A stretch of 64,000 bases of DNA from Polyangiales bacterium (GTDB lineage: Bacteria; Myxococcota_A; Polyangia; Polyangiales; Ga0077539): positions 283,947 through 347,946 of the forward strand of contig JBGARZ010000009.1 in the NCBI GenBank assembly GCA_044229975.1, given 5' to 3'. A program made the translations under genes and the position numbers. The notes under the pieces are model-generated. The model saw nothing but the letters and a program-made list of their open reading frames with translations, was not told where the DNA came from and searched no databases. Positions 11,197 through 20,850 of the stretch are shown here, piece by piece. Numbering within the stretch: the stretch's first letter is position 1; each line of letters begins with the position of its first letter.

Positions 11197-11547
11197 TCAG
11201 GCCGACGGGCGCTCCCCGCGGATCGTCTTGTGGGCGTGGTCGAAGACGAAATACTCCTCGATGCCCAACGCGGCGTAGCGGCGCACGTTGCCCACCACGT
11301 CCTTGCGCCGGTCGCCTTCCACCAGCACCTCCATCACCCAGCCCACGCCCCTGCCCTCGGCGGACACCACCCACGCGCTGCGCCGATGCGTCTCCACGTC
11401 GGCCCACACCTCCTGGCGAGGTGCCCGCGCACGGGTCAACGACCCCACCACGGGCCGGGCCGCGCGCGAGAGACGGCAACGTGATGTCGAGACACTTTCA
11501 CAGTGACCCGACTCACCGTGAAGGTGTCTCGTGCGCCGCGATCTCAC
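11197..11547 (-). pseudogene. possible remnant of an Uma2-family (DUF820) endonuclease gene
   Basis: only the C-terminal about 60 aa (VMEVLVEGDRRKDVVGNVRRYAALGIEEYFVFD) resemble the Uma2 core; N-terminal part has no similarity. Confidence 0.3.
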
Positions 11548-11615
11548 CGCCCCACTTACGGATGGAGCCCTGCGTCAGGTGCCGGTGGGGATTGGAACGG
11601 TGAGCTCGCTGGCGG

Positions 11616-12284
11616 CTACGCGTTCTTGGCGCGCTCGAAGTGGGCGACGTCGATGAGCACGGCCGCAGCGAGCGAGAGCGCCTTCCACCGCGGGTCGAGG
11701 TCCTGCGCGAAGGACACCTCGAAGTTGTCCGCGTCGGTGAAGGCCTCCTTCAACAGACCCGACCACTTCTTCTGGATGCGGCCGATCACCTGACCGCCCA
11801 CCGTGAGCTCGAAGGTCCACGGCTTGAAGAAGGGCCCGATGATCTCGCCGAGCACCGCGCCCTGCGCGTCGCACACCGTGAAGCGCCGCTGAAACCACGC
11901 CCACTGCGCCTCGATGAACGCCACCGGCTCGTCGTTGCCATCATGCACATCGAGCCGCGGGAAGAACCACCGCCACCGACGGTGCAGCCGCATCGCCAGC
12001 GTGTCGCGCCGCATGTCCGTCACGAAGGCCGTGAAGGGCCGCGCCGTCCCCAGGAACAACCGCTTCAACAGCGACATGAAGCCATCGCCCTGCTCGACCA
12101 CCTCGAAGGCCGCGCCCAGGCGGTTGCCCAGCACCACGTAGCGGTTGTTCTGCTCGAATTTGAACAGCACCTCCCACCAGTTCTTGCGCTGCTTCACCGT
12201 GAGCGTCTGGTAGTCCGTGAAGCGCTGCCCCACCCGCGAGAGCCCCGTCTCCGCCTCGCGATAGGCCATCTGTGGTTGCGTCAT
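11616..12284 (-). CDS. phospholipid scramblase family protein (PLSCR-like)
   Basis: C-terminus [46 protein letters not shown] closely matches the PLSCR signature [31 protein letters not shown]...LIDFMFFE. Confidence 0.75.
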   Translation of the reverse strand: [222 protein letters not shown]

Positions 12285-12294
12285 GCGACCTCCG

Positions 12295-13320
12295 TCATCC
12301 GATCAGCGACACCAGCCACACCGCCAGCGGCGCCGTCGCCACCAGCGCCACCGCCGCCACCGTCACCGCCGCCATCGCGCGGGCGCAGCGCACCGCTTCC
12401 TCCAACGCCGCGCGCGTCCCCGGCACGACCCAGCCATCAGCCGGAGCGCCGTCGCCGCGAAACACCGCGCCCGCCTCCGCCGCGGTGGGCATCACCACCA
12501 CCGGACCCGCATACCCGTTGAAGTGCGACGAGGCCGAGCGCGAGCCCGATCCGTCCGCGAAGATCAGCCGCAGGTCGGGCGTGAGCGTCGCGTCGCGCCA
12601 GCGATCGGCGCCGTCCCAGATGGAGAGCTGCTTGCGCACGGAAGCCGCCATCAGGAGGGCGGTCGCTCCGCCCACGAGGGTCCAGAGCATCCAGCGGCCG
12701 TTGAGCAGCAGCGAGTCCACGGTGCCCTGGCTGAGGCACGCGTACATCGTCATCGCGAGCGCGACCGCCAACGAGAGCGCGGTGACGCCCGCCCAGGCGA
12801 TCACCGACCGCCGCCACGGGAGGCCGCCCCATCGCACGAGCTGCCGCGAGAGGGGTACTGCGACGGTCAGCATCGCCAGCAGGCCCATCATCGCCAGGGC
12901 AACCCCGTCGCTCGTCTGGTCTCCCGTGATCGACCCCTGGATGGTGCGCCGCCCCAGGATGTGCACGAGCGCGGCGCCGACGCCGAGCAGCAGCGCCGCA
13001 GCCAGGGACGTGCGCAGCGCCACCGCCACCCTCCCCGCCGAGAGGCCCCCGCGGCCGCGAAACGCCCCCGCGAACGACCTCTCCCCGAACGAGGTCAGCG
13101 AGACCCCGACCGCGCCGACGATCAACGCACCCACCCACTCAAACACCGCGAAAACCGGCTCGGGCGTTCCCAGCGCGTCGATGCCAAGTGTCAGCGCATA
13201 CACCAGCGTCGGCACGCCGATGAGCATGCCCGCGAGGCCCGTCAGCGCGCCGCCGCCCGGCGCGTTCATCAATGCGCCCGGTTGCGTGATCCACCAGCTC
13301 TTCTTCGTCGATGCGCTCAT
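12295..13320 (-). CDS. polytopic inner-membrane protein, unknown function
   Basis: 8-10 predicted hydrophobic helices; ATG 1 nt after stop of upstream transglutaminase-like gene (TGAgATG). Confidence 0.65.
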   Translation of the reverse strand: MSASTKKSWWITQPGALMNAPGGGALTGLAGMLIGVPTLVYALTLGIDALGTPEPVFAVFEWVGALIVGAVGVSLTSFGERSFAGAFRGRGGLSAGRVAVALRTSLAAALLLGVGAALVHILGRRTIQGSITGDQTSDGVALAMMGLLAMLTVAVPLSRQLVRWGGLPWRRSVIAWAGVTALSLAVALAMTMYACLSQGTVDSLLLNGRWMLWTLVGGATALLMAASVRKQLSIWDGADRWRDATLTPDLRLIFADGSGSRSASSHFNGYAGPVVVMPTAAEAGAVFRGDGAPADGWVVPGTRAALEEAVRCARAMAAVTVAAVALVATAPLAVWLVSLIG

Positions 13321-13321
13321 C

Positions 13322-15193
13322 TCAATCGCTCCTCGCCGACAGCCGACGCGCGTCACCCGACGTCCGCGCCCGCAGCTCATACGATCCCCACTCCAGCCTC
13401 ATGGGCAGCAGCACCCGCGCGACGAAGCGCCCGTCCTCGCCCGTCACCGACGTGCCCAGCGACGTCGCCGCCTCGGCCCCGCGCTCAAGCTGCACCACCC
13501 GCCCGTTGCGCCACAGCTCGAAGGTCACCGGCAGGTTGGCCGCGGCCGCGCCCGTCTCGTCCTGCGCCTCGCCCGTCACCTCCACCATCGTCCCACGCAC
13601 GAACGGTGATACCGCCACGCTCCCGTCTGCGCCGCGCACCGCCGTCACGCGCAGCGTCGTCCCCAGCCGCGCCACCTCGGGCTCGCTCGTCGACGGATCA
13701 TCCCGCAGCGCCTCGCCCGGCCCCGCACCCGTCGCAGCAGCCGCCTGCACGCCGCCCACGCACGGCCCGACGCCCGTCCCCCCTGGGACGCAGATCGGCC
13801 CCGCGTCGCCCGCCCCCGAGCCTCCCGTCCCCGTGCGACCCGCTCCGTTGGCCGCCGCCGGGCCCGTCGCCACGCTCGTCGCCGTCGGGTCGTCGCCCGG
13901 CGTGCCCGTCGCCGCGTCGCCCGTCCCCTGCGCCATCGGATCGGCCGTCGGCGTCCCCGCGTCCGACGTGTGCGAGTGCCTGCCGCGCGTCGGCGGCGCG
14001 GTGCCCGACGAATACATCTCCCCGTAACCCGCCGGCCGCGGCAGCGGGTCGCTCAGCTCCGGAACAAACGCCTCGCGCTCGGTCGGCGACTCGGTGCGCA
14101 GCGGGACATCCCAGCCGCCCAGGTCGACCCGCGACCACCCCGCGCCGGGCACCTGCACCTCCGCCCACGCGTGCGCCTCGTTGCCCACGAAGCGCGCGTT
14201 GACCCCCACCGCGTGCAGCGTCAGCGCAAACGCGTACGCCCGGTGTCGACACGCCCCGACCCCGCCCAGCGCCAGCGCCCGGTAGAGCTGACCATCGAGG
14301 TTGCTCGGCAGGTCTCCGTCGCGAAACGCCCGGAAGTACCCTGCGAGCATCGACACCCCGACGGGCATCAACGCGGTGGCCCCGAAGCCCACCCGTTGCA
14401 GCACCTCGGTCACGCCCGTGCGCAGAAACTCCGGCACCAGCGGCGCAGGCATTCCCAGGTGCGCCTGGTCCGTCGAGAGGGAGACGTCGGGAATATGGGT
14501 CACGGTAAACGCGCGCTGCGGCGCCTCGACGACGTAGGCCAGGCGCACCCGGATCGACTGCGTCACCGGCGAGCGCACGAACACGTTGCCCGCCGAGTCT
14601 TCGAAGAAGCCCAGCGCGGTCTCCGGGACCGTCCGGTACGACACGATGCGCTGCTCGCCCGCCACGGACGGAATGGGCGTCGGCGACTGCGGCGACAGCT
14701 CGATGAACACGTCCCCCGTGAAGCGCGCCGACGGCAGCGACCCCCACGACGGCGTCGCGCCCACCGCCACCGGTCGCAGCGACGGGTCGCGCACCACCAG
14801 CCGCCCCGCGTCGTCGACGGCGTCGTAGGCGTGCGTTCGCTTGAAGGGCGCGATGGAGGGGTTGAACACCTCCTGGTAGCTGAGCTCCTCCCCCGGCCGC
14901 GAGTGGGTCTCGCGGTCGAGCTCGCGCGCCGCGGACGTCCAGTTGTCGCGCGGGCGCAGCAGGTCTTCGCCCGGTCGCGCGGCCTCGTCGTACCGGCCGC
15001 GACCCGCGAGGCGGCTGAGGTCTTGCGCCGACTGCGGCGGGGTGAGCGCCCCGGCGGGCATCTCACCAAGACCCAGGTCACCCGGAATCTCCCGGTGCAA
15101 CCGCCGCTCGGGCGACTGCGCCATGACGGGGACCGTCAGCACCGCCACGCACCACGCCGCCCAGGTCGCCGTCGCTCTCTGTTGCACTGTCAC
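13322..15193 (-). CDS. secreted transglutaminase-like domain protein
   Basis: signal peptide; core GACRHRAYAFALTLHAVGVNARFVGNEAHAWAEV with Cys/His/Asp arrangement of transglutaminase-like cysteine proteases; Gly/Thr/Ala-rich linker. Confidence 0.75.
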   Translation of the reverse strand: MTVQQRATATWAAWCVAVLTVPVMAQSPERRLHREIPGDLGLGEMPAGALTPPQSAQDLSRLAGRGRYDEAARPGEDLLRPRDNWTSAARELDRETHSRPGEELSYQEVFNPSIAPFKRTHAYDAVDDAGRLVVRDPSLRPVAVGATPSWGSLPSARFTGDVFIELSPQSPTPIPSVAGEQRIVSYRTVPETALGFFEDSAGNVFVRSPVTQSIRVRLAYVVEAPQRAFTVTHIPDVSLSTDQAHLGMPAPLVPEFLRTGVTEVLQRVGFGATALMPVGVSMLAGYFRAFRDGDLPSNLDGQLYRALALGGVGACRHRAYAFALTLHAVGVNARFVGNEAHAWAEVQVPGAGWSRVDLGGWDVPLRTESPTEREAFVPELSDPLPRPAGYGEMYSSGTAPPTRGRHSHTSDAGTPTADPMAQGTGDAATGTPGDDPTATSVATGPAAANGAGRTGTGGSGAGDAGPICVPGGTGVGPCVGGVQAAAATGAGPGEALRDDPSTSEPEVARLGTTLRVTAVRGADGSVAVSPFVRGTMVEVTGEAQDETGAAAANLPVTFELWRNGRVVQLERGAEAATSLGTSVTGEDGRFVARVLLPMRLEWGSYELRARTSGDARRLSARSD

Positions 15194-15276
15194 GGGTGGA
15201 CAGCACCATTGCGCGGGAGGTTCCGGGCTGCAAGCACGGACGCGACGATCGGGTTAGAGTCGCGCCCACCCCGACG

Positions 15277-16326
15277 ATGCGACTGCACTACTACCTCCTC
15301 GCCGCGCTCGCCTTCTCCCTCCTGGTCATCATTCACGAGCTCGGTCACTTCCTCGTCGCGAGAGCGTTCGGGATGCGGGCGCGGGTCTTCTCCATCGGCT
15401 TCGGCCCGCCCATCTTCCAGTGGCGACCGAAGGGGAGCGAGACCGTCGTGCAGGTCGCCGCGGTGCCCATCCTCGCCTACGTCAACATCGCGGGCATGAA
15501 CCCGATGGAGCCGAGCGACCCCAACGACCGCGGCAGCTATCAAAACGCCTCGCTCCTCGCGCGCTTCTTCACCATCGCGGGCGGTCCCCTCGCCAACTAC
15601 CTCGCCGCGTCGCTCATCATATTCGCCGTCGTCGCCTTCGCCGGCGTGCAGCGCCCGATGATCGGCGAGGTCGTCCCCAACTCCGCCGCCGCCGCCGCGG
15701 GCCTGCGCCCCAACGACGTGGTGCTCAGCGTCGGCTCCATCGCCCCGGAGGACTTCAGCGAGCTCGCCACCACCATCAACGGCTCGCGCGGCGCGCCCAC
15801 GACCATGCGCATCCGGCGCCAGGGCCGCGAGCTCACGCTGCGCCTCGTGGCCCGCGAAGACCCGACCGACCACCACTTCCGCATCGGCATCCGCCAGGCG
15901 CCGAGCAGCTACACCCAGCGCGTCCCCTTCGCCCTCGCGGTGCGCCACTCCCTCATCGCGCCCGCGCAGCTCACCATCGATCAGTTCGACGGCTTCGCGC
16001 GGATGATCCGCGAGCGGGCGCACGTCGAGGTGATGGGCCCCGTCGGCATCGTCGCCGCCACCGCCAACGTCACCCAGCGCCTCGGCTGGCGCGTCGGCGT
16101 CGGCATCATGGCGCAGATCTCCGTCGCCCTCTTCTTCCTCAACCTCCTCCCCGTCCCGGCCCTCGACGGGGGACGGCTGGTGTTTCTGCTCTATGAGGTG
16201 GTGATGCGCCGGCGGCCCAACGCCCGCTTCGAGACCACCATCACTGCGGTGTTTTTTACGCTCCTCCTGGGCCTGGGTGCCGTGGTCATCGTCCGCGACG
16301 TGGCCAAGCTCGCGACCGGCTCCTGA
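15277..16326 (+). CDS. rseP: RIP metalloprotease RseP (site-2 protease, M50)
   Basis: HELGH zinc motif in first TM helix, PDZ region, LDGG motif (LLPVPALDGGRL). Confidence 0.85.
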   Translation: MRLHYYLLAALAFSLLVIIHELGHFLVARAFGMRARVFSIGFGPPIFQWRPKGSETVVQVAAVPILAYVNIAGMNPMEPSDPNDRGSYQNASLLARFFTIAGGPLANYLAASLIIFAVVAFAGVQRPMIGEVVPNSAAAAAGLRPNDVVLSVGSIAPEDFSELATTINGSRGAPTTMRIRRQGRELTLRLVAREDPTDHHFRIGIRQAPSSYTQRVPFALAVRHSLIAPAQLTIDQFDGFARMIRERAHVEVMGPVGIVAATANVTQRLGWRVGVGIMAQISVALFFLNLLPVPALDGGRLVFLLYEVVMRRRPNARFETTITAVFFTLLLGLGAVVIVRDVAKLATGS

Positions 16327-16375
16327 CACACCCCTCTCGACGCTGACGCCCTTCCTCTGGCATCGTAGCGGTCCT

Positions 16376-16948
16376 ATGCCGATGCGCGCGTCCCACCTCC
16401 TTCGACTTGGTCTCATGGTCACGATGCTCGGCGCCTGCGGCGACGACCCGGCCGGCGCCTTCCCCGAGGAGGACGCCCAGACCGAAGACGCACCGACCTT
16501 CGACATCCCCACCATGGACGCGGGCAACGACGTCGGCACCGTCGACCGCGGCACCCCGCCGGTGGACCGCGGCACCGTCGACCGCGGCGGCGGCAACTGC
16601 CCGGCGAGCTGCACCACCTCGGCCGAGTGCGACCCGTGCCGCACCGGCGACACGCCCGACACCGTTCGCTACTGCTGCATCAGCGGGCTCTGCGTCTCCA
16701 TGACGGGCTCGTGCACCGTCGCGGGCGACGGCGGCACCCCCGACGGAATGGGCGACGCGGCCGAGGGCGGCAGCCCCACGGACGGTCCCGACCTCGACGA
16801 CGCGCCAGACCCCGACGACGGCAGCGGCGGAGACAAGGACGTCGCCACCCCGCCTCCGGTCGACGCCGCCAGCGAGGCGGGCACCACCACCGACGCGGGC
16901 ACCACCTCGATGGACGCGTCCGTGATGGACGCCACCGCCGCCGACTGA
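16376..16948 (+). CDS. Cys-rich lipoprotein, unknown function
   Basis: lipobox LGAC after signal peptide; Asp/Thr/Gly-rich low complexity and 8 Cys. Confidence 0.6.
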   Translation: MPMRASHLLRLGLMVTMLGACGDDPAGAFPEEDAQTEDAPTFDIPTMDAGNDVGTVDRGTPPVDRGTVDRGGGNCPASCTTSAECDPCRTGDTPDTVRYCCISGLCVSMTGSCTVAGDGGTPDGMGDAAEGGSPTDGPDLDDAPDPDDGSGGDKDVATPPPVDAASEAGTTTDAGTTSMDASVMDATAAD

Positions 16949-16990
16949 GGCCCTACCTTCCATTCTGCACCCTTGGCGCGAGCCTCCTTG

Positions 16991-17216
16991 CCGGAGTTCG
17001 CGGGACCCCATCGCAAGTGCGTGCAGTCGCTCACGCCGGGCTATTTCAGGTGGTCACCTCGCTGCGCGAGGTTGCAGTAACTCTAGGCTGGCGATGAACG
17101 AACCGATGGGTTGCTCATCGAAACCATTGCTGCAACCTCGCGCAGCGAGGTGACCACCTGAAATAGCCCGGCGTGAGCGACTGCACGCACTTGCGATGGG
17201 GTCCCGCGAACTCCGG
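16991..17216. repeat. 87-bp perfect inverted repeat (arms 16991-17077 and 17130-17216) with 52-bp spacer
   Basis: reverse complement of the left arm verified base by base against the right arm, 87/87 identical; lies between convergent lipoprotein and PBP1A genes. Confidence 0.95.
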
Positions 17217-17246
17217 TAACGAGGCTCCGAACGTGAGGTCGGAACC

Positions 17247-19793
17247 TCAGTCCGTCGGCGCCGTCGCCGCGTCGTCGCTCACGACCACCACCGGCGCGGC
17301 CACCGGGTTCTCCACCGGCATCGTCGCGCCCGCGTCGCCCACCTCACTCGGAACCACCGCCACCGCGTCCACCGGCGCCACCACTGCGGCGTCGACTGGA
17401 GCCGCTTCGTGGGGCTCGGTGCCCGCGAGGAAGTACTCCTCCATCGAGCTTACCGGTTCGGGTAAGCCCACCGCCGGGAGCATCCCCGTGGCCGGGTCGA
17501 TGCGCACCGCGACCACCCCGTCGGGCCGCGCAAACTCGATCGCCGCCGGGCGCCGCGCCTGCACGTAAGCCTGCATGAACCGCGTCCAGATGGGCACCGC
17601 CGCCCTCGCCCCCTCCTCGGCGTTGCCGAGCGGCTGGCGGTCGTCGAAGCCCACCCACACGCCCGCGACCATGTCCGCCGTGTAACCGACGAACCACGCG
17701 TCGCGCGCCCGGTCGGTCGTCCCGGTCTTGCCCGCGGCGGGGCGGTTGAGCGAGCGGGCACCGCGGGCCGTCCCGTGGTCGATCACCGACGTCATCGCCG
17801 AGGTCACCAGCCACGCCTCGGCGGGCTGCATCGCGACGCGCGGCGGCGCCCTCCCCGGCAGCGGGATCACCCGGTTGTTGGGGCCGCGAATCTCGCGGAT
17901 GAGGGTCCAGTCCTGGTACTGCCCGCGCGCCGCCCAGGTGGCGTACGCGTTGACGAGCTCGATGGGCGTGACGGCGCCGCTGCCGAGCGAGAGCGAGAGG
18001 TCCGACGGCATCGCCGACGTGATGCCCAGCGCCCGCGCGTGCTCGATGACCGACTCGGGCCCGAGCGACTCCATCACCCGCGCGGCCACCATGTTGCGCG
18101 ACATCGCCAGCGCCTCGCGCAGACGCATCCCGGGCTCGATGACCCCGGCAACGGCGTGCGCCTCGGCCGGGCACCACGCCCGACGCCCCGTCCCGAAGCA
18201 CCCCGGGTTGGGATCGACCGTCGACGCCAACGTGTAGTGCCGTGACGCGAGCGCGTACGAGTACAGCACCGGCTTGAAGGCGCTACCCGGCTGGCGCAGC
18301 GCGCGGGTCGCCCGGTTGAACGCCCCAGGCAACGACTCGTACCCACCCACCATCGCGCGCACCTCGCGGGTCCACGGGTCGATGGCGACGAAGGCAGCCT
18401 GGGGTCCGAGTTCGAGGTGGAAGGTTCCGGGTGCGTCGGGGGAGATGCGCTGGTCGGGCGTGACGCGCACCACGGCGCCGACGGGGGCGAAGGTCGCGAC
18501 GGTGGTGTTGTTGGCGTAGCGGGAGAGGCGCGACCAGGCGACGCGACCGGTGGAGGTTCCGACGCGCACGACGAGCGCGGGCGGCGCGGTCTCGATGGCG
18601 GTGATGACCCCGGAGTAGGTGTGGCCGGGGTCGAGCACGCTGTCGCGCGGGGCGGCCTCGGCGCGCAGCACGTTGCCCGACTGGGCGTTGGCGGCGGTGG
18701 AGCGGCGGGTGCCGGGCGCGACGAGCGGGGCGCGGTACCCGTGGCGGGCGTCGATGGTCTGCAACCCGCGGGCGACGACGTCGCGGGCGGCGCGTTGGAG
18801 CTCGCGGTCGATGGTGGTGGTGACGGTGTAGCGGCCGTAACGGAGGGCGTCGTTGCCGGCGACCTGGGCGAGCGTGCGGCGCACCACGTCGATGACCTCG
18901 GGGGCGAGGCCGTCGCCGTCGTCGTCGTCGTGGGCGACGATGTGCAGCGGCTCGCGCTCGGCCTGGTCGGCCTCAGCCTGCGTGATGAAGTTGTTGGCGA
19001 CCATCTGCCCGAGGATCCAGTGGCGGCGCCGCAGCGCGGCGGGCAGGTCGTTGATGGGCGAGTAGTGCACCGGGGACTTCGGGATGCCCGCGAGCAGGGC
19101 GCTCTGGCCGAGGGTGAGGCGCTCGACGGCGAAGTGCTGCACGTCGCGACCATCGCGGCGCTCGATCCACGGCGCGTGGCCGAAGTAGTAGCGCGCAGCC
19201 TCCTCGACGCCGTTGCGTCCGTGGCCGAAGGCAATCTGGTTCACATAGAGGTAGAGGGTGCCTGCCTTGCCGAGCTCGCGTTCGAGGGCGCGGGCGAGCA
19301 GCACCTCGCGCACCTTGCGGGCGAGCGTTCGCTCGGGAGACAGGACGACGTTTTTCACCACCTGCTGGGTGATGGTGCTCGCGCCCTGGGCGACCGTACC
19401 GTGGCGGAGGTTGACGACGAGCGCGCGGAGCATGCCCGTCCAGGCGAGGCCCTGATGCTCGTAGAAGCGCGCATCCTCGGCGGCGAGCAGGGCGCGCACC
19501 GTGTAGTTGGGCAGGCGGTCGAGCTCCACCACCGTCCGGCGCTCGATGAACAACTCCGCGAGCAGCTCGCCGCGGCTGTCGAGCACGCGGGTGGTCTGCG
19601 GCGGACGCCACGCCTGGCGCAGCCCATGGACGTCGGGGAGGTCGCGCCCGTACCAGGCAAAGAGGCCGATGAGCACGAGGGCGCCGGTGAGCACCACGCC
19701 GAAAATACCCAGCGCGAGGAGGGCGACGGCGCGGCTCCATGGGGTGGACGGGGGCTTCTTGGTGCGGCGGGGAGACGTTCGCGGTGGGGCCAT
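17247..19793 (-). CDS. mrcA: penicillin-binding protein 1A (bifunctional glycosyltransferase/transpeptidase)
   Basis: GT51 motifs (EDARFYEH, GASTITQQ), transpeptidase SAFKP and KTGTT; start set at ATG 19793 (MAPPRTS..., N-terminal TM anchor) because the longer ORF to 20813 overlaps a convincing plus-strand gene. Confidence 0.85.
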   Translation of the reverse strand: MAPPRTSPRRTKKPPSTPWSRAVALLALGIFGVVLTGALVLIGLFAWYGRDLPDVHGLRQAWRPPQTTRVLDSRGELLAELFIERRTVVELDRLPNYTVRALLAAEDARFYEHQGLAWTGMLRALVVNLRHGTVAQGASTITQQVVKNVVLSPERTLARKVREVLLARALERELGKAGTLYLYVNQIAFGHGRNGVEEAARYYFGHAPWIERRDGRDVQHFAVERLTLGQSALLAGIPKSPVHYSPINDLPAALRRRHWILGQMVANNFITQAEADQAEREPLHIVAHDDDDGDGLAPEVIDVVRRTLAQVAGNDALRYGRYTVTTTIDRELQRAARDVVARGLQTIDARHGYRAPLVAPGTRRSTAANAQSGNVLRAEAAPRDSVLDPGHTYSGVITAIETAPPALVVRVGTSTGRVAWSRLSRYANNTTVATFAPVGAVVRVTPDQRISPDAPGTFHLELGPQAAFVAIDPWTREVRAMVGGYESLPGAFNRATRALRQPGSAFKPVLYSYALASRHYTLASTVDPNPGCFGTGRRAWCPAEAHAVAGVIEPGMRLREALAMSRNMVAARVMESLGPESVIEHARALGITSAMPSDLSLSLGSGAVTPIELVNAYATWAARGQYQDWTLIREIRGPNNRVIPLPGRAPPRVAMQPAEAWLVTSAMTSVIDHGTARGARSLNRPAAGKTGTTDRARDAWFVGYTADMVAGVWVGFDDRQPLGNAEEGARAAVPIWTRFMQAYVQARRPAAIEFARPDGVVAVRIDPATGMLPAVGLPEPVSSMEEYFLAGTEPHEAAPVDAAVVAPVDAVAVVPSEVGDAGATMPVENPVAAPVVVVSDDAATAPTD

Positions 19794-19916
19794 CGTCAGG
19801 GGCGGGACCGTAGCAGAGGGCCCGCGACGGGAGAGGGTTTCGTCGCGCGAGGGGTTTGGGGTAGAACGGGAGGTGCGGGAGCGTTCGAGTTCTTCGCGGA
19901 GTGAGGAGAGCGGGTC

Positions 19917-20792
19917 GTGAAGCTGCGTACGTCGATGGCGTCGGGTCTCTTGGTGGCGTCGATGGTGATGGGTGCGTCGTCGGCGTGGGCCCAGCCCGCG
20001 CAGCCGTCGGGGGCCGACCGCAACGCCGCGCGCGAGCTCGCCATGCAGGGCATCGCCGCCAACAACCGCCAGGACTGGCCCGTGGTGCTCGACCGCTTCA
20101 CGCAGGCCGAGCAGCGCTTCCACGCGCCCATCCACGTTCGCTACATCGCCATCGCGCTGGAGCACCTCTCGCCGCCGCGCCTCGCCGATGCGGTCGAGGC
20201 CTGGCGCCGCCTGTCGCAGGAGGTGCTCGCCGCCGACGCGCCGCCGCCGTTTCGCGCCGCCGTCGAAGAGGCGCGGCGTGAGCTGCCGCGGGTCGAGGCG
20301 CTGTTGCGCGCGAGCCAGTCGGGCACTGCCGTGACGCCGCCGACCACGCCGCCGACCACGCCGCCGACCACGCCCGTCACGCCGCCAGTGACGACGCCCC
20401 CGGTGGACAACACGCCGCCGGTGAGCGTTCGGACGCCGCCGGAGGGCAACACGGTGACGCGCACGGTGGCCAACCCGCTGCGCACGGTGGGCTTCGTGAC
20501 GGCGGGCGTCGGGGTGGCGGCGCTCATCGGCGGCGTCATCACCGGCGTGATGGCCAACGGGGCGTACAGCGACCTCGAGGGCGCGTGCCCCAACCGCATG
20601 TGCTCGAACTCCAACGACCTGTCGCAGCGCGACACCGTCGACACGCTCGCGGGCATGACCAACGGGCTGCTCATCGGCGGCGGCGTGCTGGCAGCGGCGG
20701 GCGTGGTGCTGGTGCTCGTCGGCGGGCCGCGCACGGAGACCGTGCAGGTGGGCTTCAACGGGCGCGACCTGCTGGTGGGCGGGCGGTTCTAA
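19917..20792 (+). CDS. secreted/membrane-anchored protein with Pro-Thr linker, unknown function
   Basis: GTG start with GAGGAG RBS; signal peptide, helical N-domain, (TPP)n linker, C-terminal hydrophobic segments. Confidence 0.55.
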   Translation: MKLRTSMASGLLVASMVMGASSAWAQPAQPSGADRNAARELAMQGIAANNRQDWPVVLDRFTQAEQRFHAPIHVRYIAIALEHLSPPRLADAVEAWRRLSQEVLAADAPPPFRAAVEEARRELPRVEALLRASQSGTAVTPPTTPPTTPPTTPVTPPVTTPPVDNTPPVSVRTPPEGNTVTRTVANPLRTVGFVTAGVGVAALIGGVITGVMANGAYSDLEGACPNRMCSNSNDLSQRDTVDTLAGMTNGLLIGGGVLAAAGVVLVLVGGPRTETVQVGFNGRDLLVGGRF

Positions 20793-20850
20793 CAACGGCG
20801 CCTCTGCCAGCAACTACGCGCTCCCAGCGCGGGCGTACGACACTGCGGCG

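Noticed and set aside
11040-11200. Possible tRNA or small RNA in the 210-bp gap upstream of the SDR operon
   Set aside because: No cloverleaf-compatible acceptor/T-arm pairing or conserved GTTC motif found by eye; likely just promoter DNA.
16669-17568. ORFs 16669..17034(-) and 17173..17568(+) both beginning MSDCTHLRWGPANSG
   Set aside because: Mirror-image translations of the two arms of the 87-bp perfect inverted repeat, not genes.
19794-20813. N-terminal 340 aa of the 1188-aa PBP ORF
   Set aside because: Low-complexity Arg/His-rich translation overlapping a convincing plus-strand signal-peptide gene (19917..20792). PBP1A starts at the ATG preceding its TM anchor (19793).
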